Below are positions 37,935 through 47,445 of a stretch of 64,000 bases of DNA, piece after piece; position 1 is the stretch's first letter, and the number at the start of each line of letters is the position of its first letter. The stretch lies in NCBI GenBank assembly GCA_965224025.1, contig OZ245033.1, forward strand, positions 672,001 through 736,000, given 5' to 3'. The stretch is from Candidatus Multivorans sp. (GTDB lineage: Bacteria > Acidobacteriota > Thermoanaerobaculia > Multivoradales > Multivoraceae). Below the pieces are notes generated by a model. That model did not search any database. It saw only the letters and a list, made by a program, of their open reading frames with translations, and was not told the DNA's origin. A program made the position numbers and the translations under genes.

Positions 37935-39281
37935 TCATCTACGGTAGCCGGTGACGAGGTCCCGCGCTGCCGCTGGTACACCGCAGCCGGCGCGCAGGGC
38001 CGATCGGACCTCGCCGACCAGATAGAGCGAACCGGTGACGACCAGGGTGCGGGCTGGGTCGCTCGGAGCGGCCAGAAAGTGGTTTAGCGCGTCTGTTGGA
38101 TCGTGGGCGATCAGCACTCGGCGGTCGCCGAGGAGTGGCTGCAGGTCGTCGGGCGAGATGGCCCGCCGGTGTTCGGGGGCGGTCAGAAGGATCCTGTTGG
38201 CCCGGTCGGCCAATTGGGGCAGGCAGCGTTCTGGTTGCTTGTCGCTCAGGGCGCCGTACAGGAGGTCGAACTCCAGGCCAGCCTCGTCGAGGTAGGAGCG
38301 AAGCGCGGCGGCGCCGGCGGGGTTGTGTGCCGCGTCGAAGAGCACGCGGCGGGGAGTGGCGTCGACTTCGATCTCGACCCACTCGAGCCGGCCTGGCCAG
38401 CGGACCGCCTCCAGGCCTTGACTGGCGGCTTCGGGGGCGAGGTTCCGTCCGGCGAGGGTGCAGAACTCCTCTGCCGCGCGCACCGCCAGGGCGAGATTGG
38501 TGAGCTGGTGGCCGCCGGCCAGTGGCGCGCGGAACGGGTACTGTGCATTCGGTGTGGTCAACGAGAGATCCTGCCGGGCCTGGACGTGGCGGTGGAAGTC
38601 GACCTCGTCGCCCACATTGACCAGCCGCGCGCCGCAGACAGCCGCACAGCGGTGGAGTTCGCGTTCGACTTCCGGCCGTGAGCGCCAGGTCAGGCATGTG
38701 CGTCCCGGTCGCATGACGCCGGCCTTCTCGCCGGCGATCGAGGTCAGGGTCCAGCCAAGTTGCTGCGCGTGGTCGCGCGCGACGTGGGTGATCAGGGAGA
38801 GCACGGGTTCCGACACGTTGGTGGCGTCGAGACGGCCGCCCAGGCCGACCTCGAACACGGCAGTGTCCACCCGGTGCGCCGCGAAGTGCAGCCAGGCCGC
38901 CGCGGTCAGGCTCTCGAAGTACGTCGGCGGCGTTGAACGGGCGGCATCGAGCGCGTGGCGAAGGTGGGCGCCGAGTTCGGCCTCCGTGATCGCCATGCCG
39001 TCGATCCGGAGCCGCTCCTCGACGTGTTCCAGGTGGGGCGAGGTGTAGAGGCCGCAACGGAAGCCGGCGGCGGTCAGGAGCGACGCGAGCGCGGCGCTGG
39101 TCGAGCCCTTGCCGTTGGTGCCAGCGACCAGGATCGTGGGTATCCGCTGCTGGGGATTGCCGAGGGCGCCGAGGAGCCGGCGGATCGCGTCGAGGCCGAA
39201 CTTCCGGCCCCAGACCTCGAGCCGGTCGAGGATTTCCTGGGCCGAGGGTTTCGTTTGGCCGGTCACGTGGCGGCGCAGCAT
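37935..39281 (-). CDS. folC: folylpolyglutamate synthase/dihydrofolate synthase
   Basis: VAGTNGKGST, YTSPHL, EVGLGGRLDATN, IAGEKAG, WPGRLE, D.AHNP, TGSLYLVG. Confidence 0.93.
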   Translation of the reverse strand: MLRRHVTGQTKPSAQEILDRLEVWGRKFGLDAIRRLLGALGNPQQRIPTILVAGTNGKGSTSAALASLLTAAGFRCGLYTSPHLEHVEERLRIDGMAITEAELGAHLRHALDAARSTPPTYFESLTAAAWLHFAAHRVDTAVFEVGLGGRLDATNVSEPVLSLITHVARDHAQQLGWTLTSIAGEKAGVMRPGRTCLTWRSRPEVERELHRCAAVCGARLVNVGDEVDFHRHVQARQDLSLTTPNAQYPFRAPLAGGHQLTNLALAVRAAEEFCTLAGRNLAPEAASQGLEAVRWPGRLEWVEIEVDATPRRVLFDAAHNPAGAAALRSYLDEAGLEFDLLYGALSDKQPERCLPQLADRANRILLTAPEHRRAISPDDLQPLLGDRRVLIAHDPTDALNHFLAAPSDPARTLVVTGSLYLVGEVRSALRAGCGVPAAARDLVTGYRR

Positions 39282-39291
39282 AGCGCCGCCG

Positions 39292-39363
39292 AACCCGGTT
39301 GGAGCGTCCCCGCGCCAACCGCGAACCAGTCCCTGCACCCGTCGTCGGGTGCAGGGATGGAAC
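39292..39363 (+). repeat. double-hairpin repeat, family D, copy 3
   Basis: cggttggagcg/cgcgccaaccg, cgaaccag, tccctgcacccg-tcgt-cgggtgcaggga, tggaac; about 20 nt before yebC ATG. Confidence 0.8.
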
Positions 39364-39384
39364 TCCCGCTAGACTAGTCGCGTC

Positions 39385-40149
39385 ATGTCCGGTCACAGCA
39401 AGTGGAGCACGATCAAGCACAAGAAGGCGGCACAGGACGCCAAACGCAGCAAGGTCTTTACCCGCATCCTCAAGGAGGTTGTGGTGGCGGCAAGGCTCGG
39501 TGGCGGCGACCCGGGCGGCAATCCCAGACTGCGCCACGCGCTCCTTGAGGCTAAGGCGCGCAACGTGCCCGGAGACAACATCGACCGAGCGATCAAGAAG
39601 GGTACGGGGGAACTTGAGGGCGTGTCCTATGAGGAGGTCACCTACGAGGGCTACGGTCCCGGTGGGGTCGCGGTCCTGGTCGAGACGCTGACCGACAACC
39701 GGAACCGGACCGTGTCCGAGGTGCGGCACCTGTTCGCCAAGCACGGCGGAAACCTCGGCGACAACGGCTGTGTCGCCTGGATGTTCCACCGGCGGGGGTT
39801 CTTCGCGTTCGACCGCGCCGTCATGGAGGAGTCCGGGATCGACGAGGAGGCGCTGGTCGAACTCGCGCTGGAACTCGAAGCCGAGGACTTCTCGGTCGAG
39901 GAGGACAGCTTCAACGTCTACACCTCGGTCGAGGCCTTCCACGCCGCCAAGGACGAAGTCGAGGAGCGGGGCTTCGTGACCGGGCTCGCTCAACTGACGA
40001 TGGAACCGCAGAACCTGGTCCGGGTCGAAGAGGCGGTCGCGGGTCGGCTCGTGCGGCTGATCGATGCGCTGGAGGACCAGGACGACGTGCAGCACGTCTG
40101 GGCCAACTTCGACCTCGACGACGAGTTGCTGGAGCGGCTGGCCTCCTGA
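39385..40149 (+). CDS. yebC: YebC/PmpR-family protein
   Basis: MSGHSKWSTIKHKK, YEGYGPGG, TDNRNRT, DDVQ.V..N. Confidence 0.96.
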   Translation: MSGHSKWSTIKHKKAAQDAKRSKVFTRILKEVVVAARLGGGDPGGNPRLRHALLEAKARNVPGDNIDRAIKKGTGELEGVSYEEVTYEGYGPGGVAVLVETLTDNRNRTVSEVRHLFAKHGGNLGDNGCVAWMFHRRGFFAFDRAVMEESGIDEEALVELALELEAEDFSVEEDSFNVYTSVEAFHAAKDEVEERGFVTGLAQLTMEPQNLVRVEEAVAGRLVRLIDALEDQDDVQHVWANFDLDDELLERLAS

Positions 40150-40174
40150 TCGTCGCAGCGACGGGACCACGGCC

Positions 40175-40681
40175 TTGATCGTCCTCGGACTGGATCCGGG
40201 CAGCCGGTACACCGGCTACGGCGTGGTGGAGCAGGAAGGGTCGCGGCTGAGGGAGTTGGACTCGGGTCGGATCGCGCTGGTGTCCGAGGCGAGTCCGGCG
40301 GCGCGCATGGCTCTCCTCGCCGAGAGCGTTGAGCAGGCCCTCGACCGTTGGCAGCCGGCGGCCGCCGCCCTGGAGACCCTGTTTCATGGGCGCAACAGCC
40401 GCTCCCTGATCGCGCTCGCCCAGGCCCGGGGCGTCATTCTCTCGGTGCTGGGCCGGCGCGGCCTGGACGTGGAGGAGGTGTCGCCCGCCGAAGTCAAGAA
40501 GGCGGTGTGCGGCAACGGCCGAGCCGACAAGACCCAGGTGGCGCGCATGGTTGAGGTCCTGCTGGGAGCTTCGGCGGGCCGGCGAAGCGTGGACGCGTCC
40601 GATGCGCTGGCCGTCGCCATCTACTACGTGCAGCAGCGTCCGCTGCAGAGGGTCGTGGAGGCGGCGCGGTGCGCCCGTTGA
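40175..40681 (+). CDS. ruvC: Holliday junction resolvase
   Basis: LGLDPGSRYTGYG, QARGV, EVKKAV.G.GRADK.QV, DASDALAVA; follows yebC. Confidence 0.93.
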   Translation: MIVLGLDPGSRYTGYGVVEQEGSRLRELDSGRIALVSEASPAARMALLAESVEQALDRWQPAAAALETLFHGRNSRSLIALAQARGVILSVLGRRGLDVEEVSPAEVKKAVCGNGRADKTQVARMVEVLLGASAGRRSVDASDALAVAIYYVQQRPLQRVVEAARCAR

Positions 40682-40718
40682 ACCGGGTGGAGTTGGCGGT
40701 TCCAATGCAGGGTCCGTG

Positions 40719-40727
40719 TGCTATATT
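40719..40727 (+). promoter_or_regulatory. candidate extended -10 promoter (TGnTATATT) for the exbB operon
   Basis: tgctatatt, an AT-rich patch in GC-rich DNA about 135 nt upstream of exbB. Confidence 0.45.
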
Positions 40728-40863
40728 GCTTCACCGTTCCAAGGTGAGCCAGGCACCCCTTTCGGTGTAGGGGTCACCGTCCGTCCAGAATCGCGTCCAC
40801 CGTCGGTGGGCGATTCAACTAGGCCCGTCGCTGGCGGGTACACAGGTTTGAGGAGGTAGCTAG

Positions 40864-41526
40864 GTGAACATTGGTGGCACGTTCTGGAAGTTGATGAACG
40901 AGGGTGGACCGGTCATGTGGCCACTGCTCGCATTTTCCGTCATCGCTCTTGCGGTGGTGGCCGAGCGGTTGTACGCGCTGTGGCGCGCCCGGATCAACGT
41001 TCACGAGTTCCTCCCCAAGGTGCGGAAGGCGCTGGTGGTCAATCGGTCGATCCGCGACGCGGTGAAGGTCTGCGAGGAGTACCGGGGTCCGGTCGCCTCG
41101 ATCCTCAAGGCCGGTCTGATGAAGTACGGCCAGCCCAAGGAAGACATCGAGAAGACGATCGAAAACGCGGCGCTGTTCGAGATGGGGCGCCTGGAGCGCG
41201 GTCTCGCGGTGCTGGCGACGACCGCCAACGTTGCGCCGCTGCTCGGCTTCTTCGGCACGGTGACCGGCATGATGGCTGGTTTCGACGCCCTCGCGGCGCA
41301 GGGCCTCTCCAACCCGGGCGCGGTCGCCACGGGCATCAAGGAGGCCCTGACGACCACGGCCGGCGGTCTCGCGGTCGCCATCCCGACGCAGCTCGCCTAC
41401 AACTACTTCATGAGCCGGATCAACAAGTTCGTGCGCGACATCGAGACCGCGGCGAACATGCTGCTCGAGACGTTCGGCGAGATGGAGCGCAGCGGCGTTT
41501 CGCCCGAGAGCGGCGAAGGCAGCTAG
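40864..41526 (+). CDS. exbB: MotA/TolQ/ExbB proton channel
   Basis: GGPVMWPL, APLLGFFGTVTGM, GIKEALTTTAGGL.VAIP; AGGAGG RBS. Confidence 0.92.
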   Translation: MNIGGTFWKLMNEGGPVMWPLLAFSVIALAVVAERLYALWRARINVHEFLPKVRKALVVNRSIRDAVKVCEEYRGPVASILKAGLMKYGQPKEDIEKTIENAALFEMGRLERGLAVLATTANVAPLLGFFGTVTGMMAGFDALAAQGLSNPGAVATGIKEALTTTAGGLAVAIPTQLAYNYFMSRINKFVRDIETAANMLLETFGEMERSGVSPESGEGS

Positions 41527-41559
41527 AGTTCCTTCGAGCTCCAAGGCGAGGACAGCGAC

Positions 41560-41988
41560 ATGAAACTCAAGGCATCGATCGAGCACAAGCCGAACATCCC
41601 GACGGCCTCGATGGCGGATATCGCCTTCCTGCTGATCATCTTCTTCATGCTGACGATCACCTTCGAGGTCGACAAGACCCAGGTGCTGCTGCCGAAGACG
41701 ACCCTCAGGTACGAGATCCCGAAGAAGGCCGCCTACGTCTCGATCGATCCGAACGGTCGCATCCGGGTGTCCGACGGCCAGTCCCAGAGTTCGTTGGTCA
41801 GTGCGGCGGACGAGGTCCTTTCCATGGCCGCGACCGTGATCTCGACCGATCCCACCAAGACGTTCGTGGTCAAGGCCGACGGCGACGTGCCGTGGGAGAA
41901 GGTCGACGAAGTGCTGGACGCTCTCAAGCGGGCCAAGGTGCGCGATCTGCGCCTGCTGTCCGACCAGCGAACGGTCGACGACCTGTAG
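41560..41988 (+). CDS. exbD: ExbD/TolR protein
   Basis: [26 protein letters not shown]. Confidence 0.9.
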   Translation: MKLKASIEHKPNIPTASMADIAFLLIIFFMLTITFEVDKTQVLLPKTTLRYEIPKKAAYVSIDPNGRIRVSDGQSQSSLVSAADEVLSMAATVISTDPTKTFVVKADGDVPWEKVDEVLDALKRAKVRDLRLLSDQRTVDDL

Positions 41989-42036
41989 AGGATGCCGCGG
42001 TATTCTGGACCCTGACGTTACGGATGGAGGCTCAAG

Positions 42037-42474
42037 ATGAAGATCGAACGTGACCGCCCGGACGACGAGATTCCGACCTCGTCGATGGCGGATATCGCCT
42101 TCCTGCTGATCGTCTTCTTCATGGTGACGACCACCTTCACGGCTACCCGCGGACTCGACTTCGCGCTTCCGGAGGACGACGACAACCCGCCGGTCATCGA
42201 GAAGGAAGAGTCGGTGCTGATCGAGATCTTTCCGGGAGGGGAGCTCCGGGTGGACCAGAACCCGATGCAGCTCGGCGAGATCATCGAGTACCTGAAGCCG
42301 AAGCTGGAGCGGAATCCGAAGAAGCCGGTGATCATCCGGCCGGATGTTCAGACGCAGTACAAGCACATGGTCGAGGTGTACGACGAACTGCGCCAGGGCG
42401 AAGAGCACGGCCTGACGGAGCCGATCAACATCTCGGTGCCGACGCAGCGGGAAATCCAGAGCTTCTGGTACTAG
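42037..42474 (+). CDS. exbD: ExbD/TolR protein (second copy)
   Basis: [24 protein letters not shown]....Y..MVEVYDEL. Confidence 0.9.
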   Translation: MKIERDRPDDEIPTSSMADIAFLLIVFFMVTTTFTATRGLDFALPEDDDNPPVIEKEESVLIEIFPGGELRVDQNPMQLGEIIEYLKPKLERNPKKPVIIRPDVQTQYKHMVEVYDELRQGEEHGLTEPINISVPTQREIQSFWY

Positions 42475-42553
42475 CCTTGCCGCTCCCGGAATAGGACCGA
42501 ACCGGAACGAAGTTGGAACTACACGTCGACCTTACAGACAGGAGGTAACCCCG

Positions 42554-43327
42554 ATGAGTGACGAGAACCTCGAAGCGGCTGCATCCCCGGCCGCCGAATC
42601 CCCGGCCGCCGAATCCCCGGCCGAGGGGCCACAGGCGGAAGAAGCTGTTGCGCTGACGTCAGCGGAGCAGGGCTTGCTGACCTACGTTGAGGAAACCCGG
42701 GAGGACAACAAGACCTTCCGCTACTCGTTCGGGCTCGCGGTGCTGCTTCACGCGATCCTGTTGATCGTCAAGCTGCCCGATCTGTACGGCGACGTCGTGG
42801 CGCCGCCGCCGAAGCCCAAGGTCTTCGTGGTGCAGCAGGTGCGCTTCAAGCCGCCACCGCCGGAAGTGGAGCAGCAGATTCCGAAGCCCAAGTCGAAGAA
42901 GGTGCCGATCCCCGATCCGACGCCCGATGAGCCGGAACCGATCCGCATCGACGAGCCTGACGACATCGACATTCCGGAGGTCGACGATCTGGATCTGTTC
43001 GACCTGCCCGAGGCGCCGCCTCCTCCGGAACCGACCGGACCGATCTACGTCACCGGCGATGTGTCGAAGCCGGAGAAGATCAACGAGGTCAAGCCCCAGT
43101 ACACGGAGATTGCGCGCAAGGCGCGGATCCAGGGTGTCGTCATTCTTCAGGCAACGATCGACAAGAACGGCGACATTACGGACGTCAAGGTGTTGAAGGG
43201 CCTGCACATGGGCCTCAGCGAGGCCGCCGTGACGGCGGTCAAGCAGTGGAAGTTCAAGCCGGCGACCCTCAACGGCAAGCCGGTCGCCGTTTACTACAAC
43301 CTGACAGTCAACTTCCAGCTCCAGTAG
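42554..43327 (+). CDS. tonB: TonB-family energy transducer
   Basis: TM with S..LAVLLH, Pro-rich linker, [27 protein letters not shown]. Confidence 0.9.
   Translation: MSDENLEAAASPAAESPAAESPAEGPQAEEAVALTSAEQGLLTYVEETREDNKTFRYSFGLAVLLHAILLIVKLPDLYGDVVAPPPKPKVFVVQQVRFKPPPPEVEQQIPKPKSKKVPIPDPTPDEPEPIRIDEPDDIDIPEVDDLDLFDLPEAPPPPEPTGPIYVTGDVSKPEKINEVKPQYTEIARKARIQGVVILQATIDKNGDITDVKVLKGLHMGLSEAAVTAVKQWKFKPATLNGKPVAVYYNLTVNFQLQ
42583..42624 (+). repeat. 15-bp coding tandem repeat, about 3 copies (SPAAE)
   Basis: atccccggccgccga repeated. Confidence 0.8.
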
Positions 43328-43453
43328 GGGTTTGGGAGTTCAAGCCGGAGACGTGCTTGCGCCGGCCCGGCCGTCGTCATTAGCGAACCTGACCGTGAGC
43401 TTCCGAATGGAGCAACCCGGAGTACTTGGCGCCCCATGAAGGAGGCCCCATAG

Positions 43454-44632
43454 ATGACCAATCGCCGATCTGTTCTTGCCCTCGCTACGGCCTGCGCGCT
43501 GCTCGGAGCCTCCGTCGCGTCTGCCGGATGGGACGAGGGAGTCGCTGCGTTCAGGGCCGGCAACTACGCCCAGGCCATTGCCGAGTTCCAGCAGTTCGTC
43601 GAGGAGAGGACCGACGAAGAGGCACTTGTGGTGGGATACCAGATGCTGGCCCAGTCCCTGCTCCGAGGCGGCAAGGCCAAGGAGTCTGTGGCGGCGTTCC
43701 AGAAGCACCTCGAGTTGAAGCCCGGCGATGTTGGAAGCCAGATCGGGCTGGGGAAGGCGCACTACCAGTCCGGCATGCCCCGGGACTGCGTGGCGGCTCT
43801 GAACAGGCTGAACATCGGGAGCCTGCGGAAGCCCCACCAGATCCAGGTCTACCAGATGCGCAGCGCGAGCCAGGCAAGGCTTGGAAACACCCGTGGCGCG
43901 GCCGCCGACCTGGGGAAGGTCGCGGACTTGAAGGGGGATGCGAAGTCGCGCTTCGAGTACGGCAGGATGCTCCAGAACGACGCGCAACTCGACCCGGCGA
44001 TCAAAGCCTACGAACGGGCCGTGTCGATGGACGGCGGCCAGGCGGAGTGGAAGAAGACGTTGGTCAATGCCCTGAAGATCAAGGGTCGGAGCACCCAGGG
44101 TTCGGGTAAGACCGCCATCTACGCCAGGGCCGAAAGTGTCGCCCGCAGCCTGGTGGGGAGTAGTCCCTCCTTCGAGAACGTGCTCCTTCTGGGCGAGGTT
44201 CAGTTGGGCGCCAAGAACTACGAGGCGGCGGCGTCGACCTTCAAGCAGGCGATCTCCAAGAAGGGGAACGACTGGCATGCGCACTTCTACCTTGGGCAGG
44301 CGTATACGGCCCTTGAGCGCTTCAGCGACGCGGAAGGACCCCTGAACACGGCTTTGGGGCTCGCTTCAGGCGATGACGAAGCGCAGATCTGGAAGCAACT
44401 CGGCTTCGTCTTCGAGAAGCAGAAGAAGTACGAGCTCTCGATCGACGCCTACCAGAAGGGCAACGATCCGGCTGGCGTCGCCAGGGTGCGTGAGAACCAG
44501 CGGATCGAACAGGAAAACAGGGAAGCCGACGAGCACAACAAGAACATCGAGGAGTTGGAGCGCACGCGAGAGGAACTCCGCAGGCAACTGGAGGAACTCC
44601 CGGGCGCGGCGAACGATCCGCCGCGCCGCTAG
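43454..44632 (+). CDS. secreted TPR-repeat protein
   Basis: Signal peptide (ASA), multiple TPRs, C-terminal coiled coil; GGAGG RBS. Confidence 0.85.
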   Translation: MTNRRSVLALATACALLGASVASAGWDEGVAAFRAGNYAQAIAEFQQFVEERTDEEALVVGYQMLAQSLLRGGKAKESVAAFQKHLELKPGDVGSQIGLGKAHYQSGMPRDCVAALNRLNIGSLRKPHQIQVYQMRSASQARLGNTRGAAADLGKVADLKGDAKSRFEYGRMLQNDAQLDPAIKAYERAVSMDGGQAEWKKTLVNALKIKGRSTQGSGKTAIYARAESVARSLVGSSPSFENVLLLGEVQLGAKNYEAAASTFKQAISKKGNDWHAHFYLGQAYTALERFSDAEGPLNTALGLASGDDEAQIWKQLGFVFEKQKKYELSIDAYQKGNDPAGVARVRENQRIEQENREADEHNKNIEELERTREELRRQLEELPGAANDPPRR

Positions 44633-44884
44633 GGATTCCGCGTTAGCGGAAGCTCTAGCGAACTCGTGCCGGTGCATGGGCCGTAGCGCCGGCATCGAGC
44701 GAGGCGGCGAGCGCGAGCCATTCGCCCTTCCAGGCTGAGCGGCTGACGCCGCCGGTCGCGGGTACCCGCCCATAGGTCGGGCCGGGACCGGGGACGTTCG
44801 CGCACCGCACGGAATAGGTGCGGCCGGCAACAGGTTGGAACGGGGGCATCACCCTTACACACCACCCGACAAGGGGGGCCCCGG

Positions 44885-45625
44885 ATGAGTGACACGAGCC
44901 CCGAGGCGGCTGGATCCCCGGCCGAAGAGTCGGTGACCGACGCTGTGCCCGCCACGTCAGCGGAGCATGGCCTGCTGACCTACGTGCAGGAGACGCAAAG
45001 AGACACCAGGACGTTCCGCTATTCACTGGGACTGGCTCTGTTCTTCCACGCGATTCTCCTGGTCGTCAAGCTGCCCGATCTGTACGGCAAGGAGCAGGCG
45101 GTGCCATCGGCGCCGCCGAAAGTCTTCGTGGTGCGGCAGGTGCGTTTCAAGCCGCCTCCGCCGACGGAGGAGATTCGCATCCCGAAGCCGAAGTCGAAGA
45201 AGGTGCCGATCCCTGATCCGACGCCGGATGATCTGGAACCGGTCCGGATCGAGGAACCGGAGCTCTACCTTCCCGAGGTCGACGAGCTGAATTGGAAGAT
45301 CGACGTGCCCGCGCCTCCGCCTCTGGAGACGCCCGGGCCGTTCGAAGTGACCCGTGACGTCGTCAAGCCGAAGAAGACCGTCCACGTCGACCCGCAGTAC
45401 ACCGAAATCGCGCGCAAGGCGCGGATTCAGGGTCGGGTCATTCTGCGCGCGACGATCGACCAGCAGGGTGACATCACCGATGTCGAGGTGCTGAGAGGTT
45501 TGCAGATGGGCCTCACGGAAGCCGCCGTGGCCGCGGTCAGGCAGTGGAAGTTCAAGCCGGCGACGCTGAACGGAAGGCCGGTCGCTGTCTACTTCAACCT
45601 GACCGTGACCTTCCAGCTACAGTAG
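44885..45625 (+). CDS. tonB: TonB-family protein, close paralog of 42554-43327
   Basis: Same architecture and long identical peptides ([39 protein letters not shown]). Confidence 0.9.
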   Translation: MSDTSPEAAGSPAEESVTDAVPATSAEHGLLTYVQETQRDTRTFRYSLGLALFFHAILLVVKLPDLYGKEQAVPSAPPKVFVVRQVRFKPPPPTEEIRIPKPKSKKVPIPDPTPDDLEPVRIEEPELYLPEVDELNWKIDVPAPPPLETPGPFEVTRDVVKPKKTVHVDPQYTEIARKARIQGRVILRATIDQQGDITDVEVLRGLQMGLTEAAVAAVRQWKFKPATLNGRPVAVYFNLTVTFQLQ

Positions 45626-45634
45626 GGACGAAGG

Positions 45635-45852
45635 CAGGGCTGTTCCAAAGTCGGCCGTTCCGAGGCCGGAGGTGCGGAAACGACTCCCGGATCAGGGGAT
45701 CGGCGCCGCGATGGCTCTCCGAGCCTGGGAACCCGGGTGGCGCGTCCCGCGCCACCCGCGAACCATCCGAGCGCCCGTCATCGGGCGTGCGGATGGCACC
45801 CGGGCGTCTCGCCCGCATCCGGCGCGAAGCGCCGGACTTTGGAACAGCCCTG
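45635..45852. mobile_element. 218-bp MITE with 18-bp TIRs and 11-bp target-site duplication
   Basis: cagggctgttccaaagtc (45635-45652) / gactttggaacagccctg (45835-45852); agggacgaagg at 45624-45634 and 45853-45863; carries family D (45730-45799) and family A hairpins. Confidence 0.9.
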
Positions 45853-45918
45853 AGGGACGAAGGAGCAGGCCGATACTTGAGCCGCCCAATCCCGAAGGCA
45901 GCGGCCCTGGCCGGCCGC

Positions 45919-47403
45919 TTAGCCCTGGCCCAGCTTCCAACGCAGAATCTCCTGCGCCGCCCGGGGCTCGGCGCTACCTTGCGACGCCTTCATGACCTGG
46001 CCGACCAGGTAGCCAAGGGCCTGCTTGCGACCGCCACGGTACTCAAGGGCGGCCTTGGGGTTGGCCGCGATCGCGGCGTCGGCCCAGGCCTCGAGCTGAT
46101 CGTCGTCGCGCACCTGGCGTAGTCCGAGGCGATCGACGATCTGGTCGGGCGTCTCTTCCGAGTCCCATGCCTCGGCGAGCACGTCCTTGGCGGCGGTAGC
46201 CGACAGCTCGCCGGAATCGACCAGGGCCACGATGGCCGCCAGGCGCTCGGGCGCGATTAGTTGGACGTCCCGCTGCTTCAACTCGCGCAGGATCTCGGTC
46301 ATCACCCAGTTGGCGATCGACCTGGCGCCGGCTGGATGAGCGGCCACGGCGCTTTCGTAGTACGCCGCCAGGGCGACGCTGCCGGAGAGGCGCGTTGCTT
46401 CCTCGGCGCGCAGCCCGTAGGCGTCGCGGAACCGTGCACTCTTGTCCCACGGCAGCTCCGGGAGCACTTCCGCCTGACGCTCGATGCGGCGCTGAGTCAG
46501 CACCAGGGTGGAGAGGTCGGGCTCGGGAAAGTACCGGTAGTCGTGCGCTTCCTCCTTGGACCGCAGGGAGCGGGTGGCGCCGCTTGCCGGCTCGAAGCTG
46601 CGCGTCTCCTGCTCGACCTGGCCTCCGGCGGTCAGAATGTGCAATTGCCGCTCCCGTTCGTACTCGAGCGCCTTGGCGACGTGGCGGAAGGAGTTCAGGT
46701 TCTTGACCTCCGTCTTCGTGCCGAGCGTGCCTGTGCCGGCCGGACGCAGGGAGAGGTTGGCGTCGCAGCGCAGACTGCCCTCCTCCATGTTGCCGTCGCT
46801 GGCGCCGGTGTAGAGAAGGACCTGGTGGAGCGTCTGCAGATAGGCCTGCGCGTCCTCGGGTGAGCGAATCTCGGGTTCGGTCACGATCTCCACCAGGGGT
46901 ACGCCGCAGCGGTTGAAGTCGACCAGGCTCCGCCCCGGCAGCGGACCGCCTCCAGGCACCTCGTGGAGCAGCTTGCCGGCGTCCTCTTCGAGGTGGATTC
47001 GATGGAGCCGGACCTCCCGGCCGGACGGCAGCGGCACCGACCCGCCCTCGGCCAGCGGCTGGTCGTACTGACTGATCTGGTAGCCCTTCGGCAGGTCGGA
47101 GTAGAAGTAGTTCTTGCGCGCGAACACGGACCGCCGCCTGACCTCGCACCCCAGGGCCAACGCCAGCCGGATGGCGAGGTCGACGGCGTGCTGGTTGGTC
47201 ACCGGCAGGGTGCCGGGGTAGCCGACGCAGACCGGGCACACGAGCTCGTTCGGCTCGGCGCCGAAACGGTTCTCGCAGCGGCAGAACATCTTCGTTCTGG
47301 TGCGCAACTGGACATGGACTTCCAGCCCGATGACCGTTTCCCAGGCGGCATCGAGGGCTGCGGGAGAGACTCCCGGATTGGCCGTGCTCTGCGCTACGCT
47401 CAT
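45919..47403 (-). CDS. gatB: Asp/Glu-tRNA amidotransferase subunit B
   Basis: VIGLEVHVQL, RKNYFY.DLPKGYQISQ, HLEEDAGK, DFNR.GVPLVEIV, GSLRCDAN, DYRYFPEPDL. Confidence 0.96.
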   Translation of the reverse strand: MSVAQSTANPGVSPAALDAAWETVIGLEVHVQLRTRTKMFCRCENRFGAEPNELVCPVCVGYPGTLPVTNQHAVDLAIRLALALGCEVRRRSVFARKNYFYSDLPKGYQISQYDQPLAEGGSVPLPSGREVRLHRIHLEEDAGKLLHEVPGGGPLPGRSLVDFNRCGVPLVEIVTEPEIRSPEDAQAYLQTLHQVLLYTGASDGNMEEGSLRCDANLSLRPAGTGTLGTKTEVKNLNSFRHVAKALEYERERQLHILTAGGQVEQETRSFEPASGATRSLRSKEEAHDYRYFPEPDLSTLVLTQRRIERQAEVLPELPWDKSARFRDAYGLRAEEATRLSGSVALAAYYESAVAAHPAGARSIANWVMTEILRELKQRDVQLIAPERLAAIVALVDSGELSATAAKDVLAEAWDSEETPDQIVDRLGLRQVRDDDQLEAWADAAIAANPKAALEYRGGRKQALGYLVGQVMKASQGSAEPRAAQEILRWKLGQG

Positions 47404-47445
47404 GACCGTCACGATGGCCGCGGCATCCTACAGCAGCTACCGGCG

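Noticed and set aside
39330-39357. Perfect 12-bp hairpin as an intrinsic terminator or operator
   Set aside because: No U-tract, lies between divergent genes, and is stem 2 of the family D repeat.
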